Positions 1 to 11,584 of a stretch of 64,000 nucleotides of DNA are shown one piece after another. Position numbers and translations under genes: made by a program. The notes beneath the pieces are model-generated. The model did not search any database. It saw only the letters and a program-made list of their open reading frames with translations, and was not told the DNA's origin. Numbering within the stretch: position 1 is the stretch's first letter; every line of letters starts with the position of its first letter. This DNA is from Octopus vulgaris (lineage: Eukaryota). The stretch is taken from contig OX597817.1 of the NCBI GenBank assembly GCA_951406725.2, positions 41,850,001-41,914,000 of the forward strand, in the 5' to 3' direction.

Positions 1-381
1 ATCATTTATTGCCATTGTGAGATGTCTAGAGGAGGAGAGACACAAAGACGTACACATAAATACACACAAACTCAGACACATGCATGCGCATGTACACACC
101 CACACACACACACACAAACACACACACAAATCTCTGTTGGTTCACCAAAAGCAATAAATTACAAGACTCAATGAAAATGTAAAGTATTCTTTAATACATT
201 ATAATGTAATAATATTACCACAAGAACCAGAAATGAAATAAAGCGTAGGAACTCAAAGCAGCCATATATATGCCAGTGGCACTTAAAAATTATCCAGCAC
301 ACACTGTAAAGTGGTTGACATATTACTAAGGTTCTATGTGTAAACCACTATCAAATTCTTATAAATTTAGTTACCCATATC

Positions 382-1092
382 CAGCGCTGAATTAACCATT
401 AAGCAAAATAAGGGAAGGAGGGCACTATGGAAACGGTAAATGATTTATGACACAAAAAATGAAGAATCACTTTAAAGTTGCTAAAATAATATTCGAAGTG
501 GTTTATATGGTCAGAAATGTGATTTCGAAGTGTTCATGGTGTCAAAGTAAAACTCTGATTGAAGACTTTGCAGTTAAAAAAAATAGGAGAAAACTTTTCA
601 GATATGAATTCAGTGGAAGTATACAAAAATGAGTGGAGGCACATGGCCTAGTGGTTAGAGCAGCGGACTTGTGGTTGAAGGATCGTGGGTTCGAATCTCA
701 GACTGGGCGATGTGTATGTTTATGAGTGAAACACCTAAGCTCCACATGGCTCCGGCAGAAGGTAATGGTGAACTTCTGCTGACTCTTTCACCACAACTTT
801 CTCTCACTCTTTCCTCCTGCATCTTGCAGCTCACCTGCGATGGACTGGCGTCCCATCCAGGTAGGGAACTTATATGCTAAGGAAACCAGGTGTGGCTTGA
901 GAAGGGACAAACAACAACATACAAAAATGAACATTATTTTCCATCTTACTGTTAGCTTTGTTTCATTTTGAAAATTAAAAATTTATTTCATGGTTTATTA
1001 TTGTTTATATTTTGAATTAGATATATTTAATACATGGTGGCACCAAAATCTCTTAAGTGCTTAGAGCCTCTGTGGATCTTAACCTGGCCCTA
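382..1092. mobile_element. Degenerate hAT-like non-autonomous DNA transposon with a SINE nested inside
   Basis: Imperfect TIRs CAGCGCTGAATTAA / TTAACCTGGCCCTA; flanking 8-mers cccatatc / ccattatt match only partly. Confidence 0.35.
633..915 (+). mobile_element. tRNA-derived SINE (head type D, with CCTGCGATGGACTGGCGTCC tail)
   Basis: A-box TGGCCTAGTGG and B-box GGTTCGAATCT; related head at 61509 and at ~8060-8240 (-); ends in an AAC-rich tail. Confidence 0.8.
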
Positions 1093-1114
1093 CCATTATT
1101 ACTGATACAGACCA

Positions 1115-1870
1115 AGGCAGCAAGCTGGTAGAATCTTTTGTACATCAAGGTGGCGAGCTGGCAGAAACATTAGCATGCCAGGCGAAATGTGTAGCTGTAT
1201 TTTGTCTGCCGTTACATTCAGAATTCAAATTCCGCTGAGGTCGACTTTCCCTTTCATCCTTTACGGGTTGATAAATTAAGTACCAGTTATGCACTGGGGT
1301 CGATGTAATTGACTTAATCCGTTTGTATGTCCTTGTTTGTCCCCTCTGTGTTTAGCCCCTTGTGGGTAGTAAAGAAATAGGTATTTCATCTGTCTTTATG
1401 TTCTGAGTTCAAATTCTGCTGAGGTCGGCTTTGTCTTTCATCCTTTCGAGGTTGATAAATTAAGTACCAGTTACACACTGGGGTTGATGTAATCGACTTA
1501 ATCCGTTTGTCTGTCCTTGTTTGTCCCCTCTGTGTTTAGCCCCCTGTGGGCAATAAAGAAAAAAGAAACGGTTGCATGCCAGGTGAAACGCTTAGCGGTA
1601 TTTCGTTTGTCTTTACGTTCTGAGTTCAAATTCCGTTGAGATTGACTTTGCCTTTCTTCCTTTCAGGGTCAATAAATTAAGTACCAGTTGCGTACTGGGG
1701 CTATCTAATTGACTGGCTCCTCTCCCAAAATTTTGGGCCTCGTGCCTAGAGTAGAAAAGAATCTTTAGCACATCAGACAAAATGCTTAGCAGCATTTCTT
1801 TTGTGTTTTTTTTATTTTTATGCTCTGAGTTCAAATCCTACGGAGGCCAACTTTGCACTTCAGTTTTTCA
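1115..1870 (+). mobile_element. Tandem cluster of Meta-domain-like tRNA-SINE copies (family B)
   Basis: Repeated units GAGTTCAAATTCCGCTGAGGTCGACTTTGCCTTTCATCCTTTCGGGG...TAAATTAAGTACCAG, resembling the MetaSINE central domain; at least 3-4 partial units. Confidence 0.85.
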
Positions 1871-2072
1871 GGTCTGAGTACTGTGAAGAAATTGACTATC
1901 CTCCCAACTCTTAAAATTGACAGTTTTTGATATCTTGGTATCTGAAAGCAGCTGGAGACACAATAGTTTGATCAAAAAGAACCAGCTATTGCAAGCAAAA
2001 ATAAATATTGAAAAAAAAAACAAACACATATGACCAAATTTGGACATACGACAGTTTAACATAATAGCAACG

Positions 2073-2105
<33 letters not shown>

Positions 2106-3511
2106 TATATGAATGCTTTTGAAATGCTGAAGTGCAAAAGGTGTCTAGGTGCACCATGAATTTAAAAAAAAAATATAGTTTTAGGCTTTAGAACTTCCAT
2201 TCTAATTTCTTGAGTATCTTGAAAAAACATCATTCCTAATTTTGTTTTTCACAAGCATGAATAATAAAACATGGTAAGTAATCATGTTGAACATTTTTTT
2301 CTATATTTTTGGCTTGAAAACATATTTTTTTGTTTTTAACTTCCATGTGAAGTGTGCAAGTAATTTCTTATTTTCCATCATGTGAAGTACAGCAGTAATT
2401 TGTTTTTTTTTATTTGACTCCCAGCACATTACCAAGTCAAAAAAAGATTGAGAACTGCTGATATAAATTGTGGAAGTTACAACACTATGCTATATAAGAT
2501 GCAGCATTATATCATGTTATAACAATGTAGATAATTAGATTAAATAAGAGGAAACATTTTATGTGGCTTACAGATTAGGTAGTTGTGACTGGACTGACTC
2601 ACACTTGAATATTTTATGAAAATATGATTGGTTAAATAAATAAATAAATAACTGGAGCTCAAGGGAAGTAACCCAAAACATTGCAGCAAATAGTATAAAA
2701 GTTTCCTTGGAGATAAGAATGCAGTATTTAGTGCAGGGTAACTTCAGATTTTCTGAAAACAATAGAGCTCATGGTATCCCACTTCTGTTTATGATCTATA
2801 TAAACAATATGCAAATAGATACACATTTATATTTACTTCCCTTTGTCAATGGTACATTTGCACTTCTCACTTAAAACTATTGTTAAAATATGCTTTGAAA
2901 AACTAATCAATAAATCAATCATTATATCAGGCCAGCTTAATTCAAACAAACTAGATTTAAAACAATAATATATAAACAAAAGATTGCTTACTTGGCTTGA
3001 GTATTGGTATTATTGATATCACTTATTACTCAGAGAATATAAATAACATAAAGATAGGAAGTTGAAACAATACAAGGAAGCGATGTTGTGTTTCACGCTT
3101 TCTTTGGTAGCTACAGAGAGGATGCAATTTTCTCTCACATTTAAACAATAGTTGTTGTAGTTATTAAAGCCCTTTACGTTCTTTTAGCTCCTTTAGCCCC
3201 AGGTCTGTCCTGGTTAAGTAGGTCTCGGAGTAATTTGCTTCATGTCCATATTACATACAACCATCTTCTGCAATCTGAAACCATGACTGAAGCGTTTGAC
3301 CCATAACTGGGGCCCTTGAACCCACAACCAGAGCTCTTGATGCATAACTGGGATAACTTCTCAGAACTTCCTAAATGGAGCCTCATCACTAAATACCACT
3401 TATTGTCTTGCTTAGAACTCTAAAAGCAATGAGCACTGGCAGACACAATAGAACTCTGAAGGACCAACAAACATTGCTAGACAGGCACCAATATATATAT
3501 ATATATATATG

Positions 3512-3595
<84 letters not shown>

Positions 3596-3615
3596 CACCT
3601 ATGCCAACCCCCCCT

Positions 3616-4030
3616 TTGCTTGCGAAGACCTTTTGGGGCAAGTGAAATCGGAATCGAAATTGAACCAATCCTATGACTGACACCCGGCAGATGCCAGGAC
3701 TCCTGGACTGGAGATACATAAAAAGCACTATCCAAATCGTGGCCGATGCCAGCACCGCTTCGACTGGCTTCCGTGCCGGTGGCACGTAAAATGCACCAAT
3801 CCGACCGTGGCTGATGCCAGCCTCGCCTGGCACTAGTGCAGGTGGCACGTAAAAAGCACCCACTACACTCACGGAGTGGTTGGCGTTAGGAAGGGCATCC
3901 AGCTGTAGAAACATTGCCAGATAAGACTGGAGCCTGGTGCAGCCTTCTGGCTTCCCAGATCCCCGGTCGAACTGTCCAACCCATGCTAGTATGGAGAACG
4001 GACGTTAAACAATGATGATGATGATGATGA
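3616..4030 (+). mobile_element. 3' end/UTR of an RTE-clade LINE, (GAT)n tail
   Basis: Matches 53990-54476, which is contiguous with an RTE ORF2 C-terminus; internal GGTGGCACGTAAAA subrepeats; ends ...GGACGTTAAAC(GAT)n. Confidence 0.8.
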
Positions 4031-4067
4031 TATATACACACACACACATACATGCATATATGTATAT

Positions 4068-4200
4068 ATAATCAAAATAAGCAACAAGGATTGCTCTGCA
4101 TTTAAATTGATGTAATGGTTGCATTGTTCAATTAAATGGAGTTGCTTGAAACGATCATACTGCATTACCTCTGGATGTCCTTGTTGCTTATTTTGATTAT
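4068..4200. repeat. Short inverted-repeat element, probably a Penelope-like pLTR fragment
   Basis: Perfect 23-bp IR ATAATCAAAATAAGCAACAAGGA / TCCTTGTTGCTTATTTTGATTAT; internal partial stem followed by GAAACGATCATA. Confidence 0.55.
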
Positions 4201-4287
4201 AATCACCTTATTTTGAAATTGTATGGATAATACCAAACTAAATTCTGGTGCCTTAACTGAAGTACCATATTCATCTGAATTTAAATT

Positions 4288-4322
<35 letters not shown>

Positions 4323-4377
4323 TTAGTGTAGGAAGAAATGGAGCTGAACGAAGACTTAACAAAATTCCTTTTTATTA

Positions 4378-4461
4378 TTTTCTACATATGTTTCAAAGGC
4401 TGCAAAGTCCCTAATTCGGATTGAATAAGGAGTCCATTTTGCAGCCTTCTCTTCAGGAAAA
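4378..4461 (-). ncRNA. Minimal type-I hammerhead ribozyme motif
   Basis: Minus strand reads UUUUC-CUGAAGA-GAAGGCUGCAAA...UUUGCAGCCUUU-GAAA-CAUAUG-UA-GAAAA: stem I, intact core, long stem II, palindromic stem III. Confidence 0.8.
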
Positions 4462-4612
4462 TCCAGGAACTTAATTCTCCAACAAAATGCACAGCAAGCT
4501 TTTCGACAAACGCTCACGAGGAGCCCAGTTTGTGCCATTTATTCCATGGGCTCCTCGTGAGCGTTTGTCAAAAAGCTTGCTGTGGATTTTGTTGGAGAAT
4601 TAAGTTCCTGGA

Positions 4613-4696
4613 TTTTCCTGAAGAGAAGGTTGCAAAATGGACTCCTTATTCAATCCGAATTAGGGACTTTGCAGCCATTAAAACATATGTAGAAAA
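4613..4696 (+). ncRNA. Hammerhead motif, mutated copy (GAAA to AAAA)
   Basis: Mirror of 4378-4461 with substitutions in stem II and at G12. Confidence 0.6.
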
Positions 4697-4901
4697 TAAT
4701 AAAAAGGAATTTTGTTAAGTCTTCGTTCAGCTCCATTTCTTCCTACACTAAATATATAAAACTTCAAATTTTCGCACTAAGGCACGGATTTTAGACCCCA
4801 TGGTCGTAACCTCAACCGTGCTTTTTCTGTTGTGATTTTTGCTACCCAGGTATCGGTTATCATTTGAATAATCCGTAATAAGATAATTCATTTATCTACT
4901 T

Positions 4902-4966
<65 letters not shown>

Positions 4967-4967
4967 A

Positions 4968-5505
4968 CAATGAAAATGTTTAAACCTCTCATAGGGATAT
5001 TTATTTAACATAACTGGTTTAATATATTAAATTCTGAAGAGATATTTCATCAATGAATATATTATATGAGATATTGTAAAATATCAAACATTATTGTCAA
5101 GTTAGAAAACAGAGAGATCTAATGGATACAAATTAATTTATTAATTTATCAACATATTCACAGACAGTTGTTTCATTTCACAAACAAAATTAAAATTACA
5201 AAACAACGAAAGAAACAAATGGAAAATAGGACAGGTAACACAAAGAACGACTCTTCATCAGTTGTCAGCTGTCTATTTACTCCCAATTTCGAGCACTGAA
5301 TGACAATATGAATCTCTGAAGACATCTGCTCCCATAAGTACGAAAATATTTTGGCAAATTGAATTTAAATTTTGAAGTGAATCTAACAATTTTTGTGTGC
5401 TTTTAGATAGCTTATAAACACCTTCCATGCTGCAATTGTTTTCATTTCAGCACACAATCTCAGATCAGGTCACTTGCTATGCAAGTACATCTCCGTAATA
5501 TTTTA
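4968..5505. mobile_element. Juxtaposed Penelope-like terminal-repeat fragments
   Basis: 4968-5215 is similar to 46683-46930; 5340-5500 is the reverse complement of 56750-56910. Confidence 0.55.
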
Positions 5506-5593
5506 AATACCTTGCGTGGAATATCATGAGGGTGTACAAAGGACAATAAGGATTATATTAGGATATGTTTGGGATACGCATATATATATGAAG

Positions 5594-5757
5594 AGGCACC
5601 GGCATGGCTGTATGGTTAGAAGTTTACTTCCTAATCACATAATTCCATGTTCAACCCCACTGTGTGGCACCTTGGGCTGGTGTCTTCTATTATATGCCTT
5701 GTTCTGACCAAAGCCTAGTGAGTGGATTTGGTAGATGAAAACTGAAAGAAGTTTATC
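5594..5757 (+). mobile_element. CORE-like tRNA-SINE family A, 5' half
   Basis: Similar to 6564-6715, including ACCTTGGG...TGTCTTCTA.TATA. Confidence 0.75.
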
Positions 5758-5842
5758 ACACACACACACACATATACATACATACATACATACCTACATA
5801 CATACATACATACATACATACATACATACATACATACATACA

Positions 5843-5875
<33 letters not shown>

Positions 5876-6041
5876 GCACACACACATATATAAATATATT
5901 GCTGTTTTCTTAAATTTTGGAATCTATTTTTTATGAGAATTCTATTTTTGCATCATTCTGGAATCTAATTTGTTTTTTTTAATGACTGATACAGGTAAAA
6001 GATAAATATACAAACACACTTGTTGCAGATGATTGTGTAGC

Positions 6042-6717
6042 ATAAGAATTAATGGACAACCTTGAAGCATGTTGCTAGCTTTAAATATTTGGTAAGCATC
6101 ATTCCATCAGATGGGAAAATCATCAAAGAAATTAAGTTAAAGATTGGACAGGCGAAGGTTGCTTAATGTGAGATCAAATATGTATTGTCAAATAAATGGT
6201 TATGAATAAGAATGAGTTAAAGTGTCTGAGGGGAATGTGCAGAGCTCATCTTTACATATTGATGTGTGATCTGGAGCAGCATCGATAAACCAGAGTAAAA
6301 TGTTATCAACGCTGCATAGTTGTCGCTTCTTAGATAAATACTGAAGATATTCTATTTACAGGTAGAATAACAAAATATTGATGTATTCAGGTGAGCAGAA
6401 ACCACCAGAAAACTTCTTAGCAACTTAAAAAAGGCAACAGGCTGAGTTCATAGGACATCATATGGAATGACAATGTCTTGAACATTTGGTGACAAATGGC
6501 AAACTGAAGCAATGAAGAAATTGAGAAAGACAGACAGACAGATTGAAAGATAAATAGACAGATAGGCATAGGAGTGGCCGTGTAGAAAGTAGCTTGATTA
6601 TCAACCACATGGTTCTGGGTTCAGTCCTACTGCATGGCACCTTGGGCAAGTGTCTTTGGACCGACCAAAGCCTTGTGAGTGGATTTGGTAGATGGAAACT
6701 GAAAGAAGCCCGTTGTA

Positions 6718-6806
<89 letters not shown>

Positions 6807-7049
6807 TGTGTCTGAGTTTGTCCCCCCCAACATCACTTGACAACCAATGCTGGTGTGTTTACATCCCCGTAACTTAGCGGTTCGGCAAAAGAGACCGATA
6901 GAATAAGTACTAGGCTTACAAAGAATAAGTCCAGGGATCGATTTACTTGACTAAAGGCGGTGCTCCAGCATGGCCACAGTCAAATGACTGAAACAAGTAA
7001 AAGAGTAAAAGAGATAGACAGATAGATAGATGGACAGACAGGTAGAGAA

Positions 7050-7126
<77 letters not shown>

Positions 7127-7293
7127 CAGACGGACAAACAGACAGACAGAGGGAGGGAGGAAGAGAGAGTGAGAGAGAGAGAGAGAGAAGATTCTGGCTA
7201 CAGAAAGACCAACCCCAAAACATTGTAGCTTGTGTATGGTACAGGACGAGGTGGAAATCCATCATCACCAATGCCTGTAAACATGACACATAA
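6042..7293 (+). pseudogene. Decayed RTE-clade LINE ORF2 C-terminal region, interrupted by a SINE and microsatellites
   Basis: Translates with stops as FKYLVSIIPSDGKIIKEIKLKIGQAK...EFIGHH...LEHLVTNGKL, resuming at ~7195 with [16 protein letters not shown]. Confidence 0.7.
6564..7013 (+). mobile_element. CORE-like tRNA-SINE family A, full length, with internal (TA)n(TG)n
   Basis: tRNA-like head, CORE-like ACCTTGGGCAAGTG, tail GGTGCTCCAGCATGGCCACAGTCAAATGACTGAAACAAG; about 10 related copies in this window. Confidence 0.9.
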
Positions 7294-7773
7294 AGCAGAG
7301 TGAGTATAAGCATTCATAGTACAACCGTATTCTCTGTTATTTGAACACAATATATCTAGAGCTACATCGTCCAACGACGTGTCCTTTTTTGTATGACAGT
7401 GATAAATGGAAGATTTAATTGTTATTTCTAGCAGGGCAAACAACCATACAGAGCTTTTCATAGAATTCTAATTTGGGGAAATGAAAAGAAATTGGTATAA
7501 AATTCCTGAAAATGGAACTCAGTAAATACTATAACAATGGCTGACACCGAACCAGTGATGAACTCTGACATTCTGACTATAAAGAAATATAAATCCTGAT
7601 TATAAAGGATCTGTTTAGAATTATATATGACATCATAGGTAATAAATTACCAAAATCTTTGGAAACAATATTTATCAAGCCTAGCTCAGATGGAAGCCAC
7701 TGCTTGGATTCTATTATAATTGAGCATCAGATAAGGTATATCTGTCTCCTTGTCTGTCTGCCTCTCTGTATCC

Positions 7774-7868
<95 letters not shown>

Positions 7869-7888
7869 CTTACCTGTCTGCAATCATG

Positions 7889-8565
7889 ACACTCCGTTAG
7901 TTATGACAACAAGGGTTCCAGTTGATCCAATCAATGGAACAGCCTGCTCATGAAATTAACATGCAAATGACTGAGCGCATCACAGACATGTGTACCCTTC
8001 ATGTAGTACTCAAGGAAATTCAGCATGATACAGAGTGTTACAAGACTGGCCCTTTGAAATATAAGTACAACAGAAACAGGAAGAAAGAGTGAGAGAAAGT
8101 TGTGATGAAAGAATACAGCAGAGTTCACCCCCACCCATCACTGGAGCCTCATGGAACTTTAGGTGTTTTTGCCCAGAATCGAAACTGTAATCCTATGACC
8201 ACAAGTCCACTGTCCTAACCACTGGGTGATTGCACCACCGCAAAAAGAAGTACTCTATTGGTTACGATGACAAAGGTTTCAGCTGATACGATCAACAGAA
8301 CAGCTTGCTCATGAAATTAACGGGCAAGTGGCTGAGCACTCCACAGACATGTGCACCTTAACGTAGTATTCAGGGATGTCCTGCGTGACACAAAGTGTGA
8401 CAAGGTTGCCACTTTGAAATACAGGTACTACTCATTTTCTTCAGCTGAGTAGACTGGAGCAACGTGAAATAAAATGTCTTGCCCAAGGACATTACGCGTC
8501 ACTAGGAATTGAACTTATGACCTCACGAGCCAAATGCCTAAACCACTCAGCCACGTGCCTTCACA
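7889..8565 (-). mobile_element. Two adjacent tRNA-SINEs sharing tail type C (first with head D, second with head C)
   Basis: Both contain the reverse complement of ATTTCAAAG...GCTCAG.CA.TTGC..GTTAATTTCATGAGCA.GCTGTTC; their heads differ. Confidence 0.8.
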
Positions 8566-9164
8566 CCTGTCTGTAATATATTTATGTTGAATCTGTGGTT
8601 ATATCAATCTACCTTTTAAGAATATATTTCTGCTGATAATTTTGTTATATCTTCTTTATATTTTATTTGTTTAATAAATCCTTATTCCTCTGCAGCATTT
8701 TTGAAAAATTTTCATAGTATTATGCCGCAGTTATTAACATTTTAAGAAAATGTGTATCAACTCTGGAAATGTATAGAATCATCATCACCATCATCATTGT
8801 CACCACCACCACCACCAACACCACTACAACTATTATTATTATTGTTGTTATTTACTTTTTGGTTCATCGTGTTTTTGAAAACACATTTACTTATTTGAGA
8901 TTTGCTAATATAAGTTCTATAAACTTTTAGATTAGTCATTTAATTATGTTTGCTTAAAAATCACCAGCTTCATCAATTATATATAATATGAAGCATTTCA
9001 GTTTAAATTAAATGTCGGAACTAAATCTAAATACCAACATTAAAGCATCCATTCGAGCATGAAATATTCAAATATGAATTTAGGCTAAAAATGTTTACAC
9101 TATAAAAGTTCACCTGAATTCAAATATTACTTGTTAAACTATGTTCTCTATGTGTTATATATGT

Positions 9165-9650
9165 TTTCCTTTATTGCCCACAAGGGGCTAAACATAGAGA
9201 GGACAAACAAGGACAGAGGAAGGGATTAAGTCAATTACATCGACCCCAGTACACAGCTGGTGCTTAATTTATTGACTCTGAAAAGATGAAAGGCAAAGTG
9301 GACCTTGGGGGAATTTTAACTCAGAACCTAATGGCAGATGAAATTCTGCTAAGCATTTCACCTGACTTGCTAATGATTCTGCCAGCTCACCGCCCTTTTA
9401 AATTTGAGACCAATATATTCTTTTCTACTCAAGGTACAAGGCCTGAAATTTTGGGGGTGGGTGCCAGTGGATTAGATCAACCCCAGTATGCAACTGGTAC
9501 TTAATTTATCGACTCCGAAAGAATGAAAGGCAAAGTCAACCTCGGTGGAATTTGAACTCAGAATGTAAAGACAGATGAAATACCGCTAAGCATTTCACCT
9601 GGTGTGCTAATGTTTCTTATTTCTTTATTGCCCACAAGGAGCTAAACACA
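9165..9650 (-). mobile_element. Meta-domain-like SINE family B, tandem copies
   Basis: Reverse complement of the units at 1150-1760. Confidence 0.85.
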
Positions 9651-9774
9651 GAGGCATGTGTAAAATTTGAATGAAATCGGTTGCAATCACGGCACTCTGT
9701 CAGTTATGACAACGAGGGTTCAGTGATGCACACATAGACAGACAGACACACACACACACATTCTCAGTTTTATG

Positions 9775-9810
<36 letters not shown>

Positions 9811-10086
9811 CATATGCCTTTGGTAGAAATGGCTTGGTTATACGGTGCCAGGTTTTACAATCCTGTAAATAATAATAATGGTATTTATATATGCCTAAAT
9901 TTATAGAGATCACTGTGCAATGACTAAGACAAAAATGGTCTAGTAACGGGGCATGCAAGCCCTTGACAGAAGAAAGTAGGCTTTCCTATATAGGCCTTCC
10001 TTCTGTGTGTATATGTGTGCATGCATATATATATTAGTGTGTGTGCTTATATATGTTTGAGTGTGTGTGTGCATATACTCTTTCTC

Positions 10087-10135
<49 letters not shown>

Positions 10136-10327
10136 TATATATGCACACACACATACATCCACACTAATATATATATATGCATGCACACACATACACACAC
10201 ATACAGATATGCATGCTCACAAACATATATATGTACACACATGCACACACACATACACACATTCACACACACAAACATATATGTGCACACACACACACAC
10301 ATACATACACATGCCCATACATATATA

Positions 10328-10620
10328 TGTAGTGGTTAGTTTATTCATTCAGCTCATGATCATAACATCATGGGTTTAATACCTGGCATCACAGTGTGTC
10401 CTTGAGCAAGACTCTTTATTGCACATTGCTCCAGTACGCTCAGCTGGAAAAGATGAGTTGTACCTATATTTCAAAGGGTCGGCCATGTCACATTCTGTGC
10501 CACACTGAATCTCCCTGAAAACTACATTAGGTGTATATGTGTCTGTGGAGTACTCAGCCACTTGCAAGTTAATTCCACAAGTAGGCTCTTCCATTAATCA
10601 AATCAACTGGGACACTTGAC
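10328..10620 (+). mobile_element. tRNA-SINE, head C + tail C
   Basis: Similar to 53568-53820 and to the reverse complement of 8250-8565. Confidence 0.75.
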
Positions 10621-10634
10621 TGACAGAATGTACA

Positions 10635-11015
10635 ATGGGCTTCTTTCAGTTTCCATCTACAAAATCTGTTTACAAGGCTTTGGTCAGCCTGAGGCAGAAA
10701 CGTTAGCACTCCAGGCGAAATGCGTAGCTGTATTTTGTCTGCCGTTATGTTCTGGGTTCAAATTCCGCCAAGGTTGACTTTGCCTTTCATCCTTTCGGGG
10801 TCTATAAATTAAGTACCAGTTATGCACTGGAGTCACTGTAATCGACTTAACCTGTTTGTCTGTCCTTGTTTGTCCTCTCTGTGTTTAGCCCCTTGTGGGT
10901 AGTAAAGAAATATATAGTAGAAGACACTTAGGCCAAGGTGTCACCCATTGGGACTGAACCTGGAACCATGCGGTTGGAAAGCAAACTTCCTACCACACAG
11001 CCATTCCTGCACCTA
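10635..11015 (-). mobile_element. SINE family A 5' half, interrupted by a + strand family B SINE (10695-10911)
   Basis: ...CCTGAGGC | insertion | TATAGTAGAAGACAC rejoins into the family A sequence. Confidence 0.8.
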
Positions 11016-11584
11016 TCATATTTACAAATTACTTTAAAATTCACCCAAATTGTAATCTTGTCTTAAAATTGCCGCTCATTAATCTACTTGAATAATGAAT
11101 AAGCAATCCATTTAGTTTCTTTCTTTTTTTTCTGTTCTGTTCTATTAATTTTAGTTTCATATTTGCTGTTTGAACTGTGCTCTTACGTAACTTATTCTTA
11201 CGTAACTGGCTGTCAGATTAAGCAGAGAAAAAGTACCAAATGCAGAGAAAATTAAAAAAATAAAACCCCTGCCAGGCAGCAACACTGATTATTAGTGTTG
11301 ATAGACAGCATAAGATAATGAAATTTCTTAGAAATAGATTAAGTAATAATAATAATAATAATAATGATAATAGAAAATAGAATGGGCCGAGCTAGCATGC
11401 TATTTAGCCAGAGCAATGGATGGAGAACGTAGAGGAATTAGAAAAGACAAGAGGAAGGAGTTCTTGAAGTCTTAACATTCAGTGGAATAGTCAAGACATT
11501 GACAGATATTAATCATGTTTTTAAACCTATCTTGAAGCGAATTCAGTAGCCATTGTGGGAGAGAGTCGGGGTGGGTGGGTGTTT

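Larger units (their letters stand above)
4316..4758. repeat. Long inverted repeat (~210-bp arms, 19-nt spacer), Penelope-like inverted pseudo-LTR
   Basis: 4316-4527 is the reverse complement of 4547-4758 with only a few mismatches; mirror ORFs 4356-4538(-) and 4530-4718(+). Confidence 0.92.

Noticed and set aside
633-710. tRNA gene, also considered at 61509 and other SINE heads
   Set aside because: A and B boxes are present, but I could not fold a complete cloverleaf and the sequence continues into SINE bodies
2990-3490. Moderately GC-rich stretch that could be coding
   Set aside because: No sustained ORF or recognisable motif on either strand, so it is left unclassified
4356-4718. Two near-identical divergent small ORFs, suggesting a duplicated peptide gene
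   Set aside because: They are a by-product of the inverted repeat and begin at non-ATG codons in the spacer
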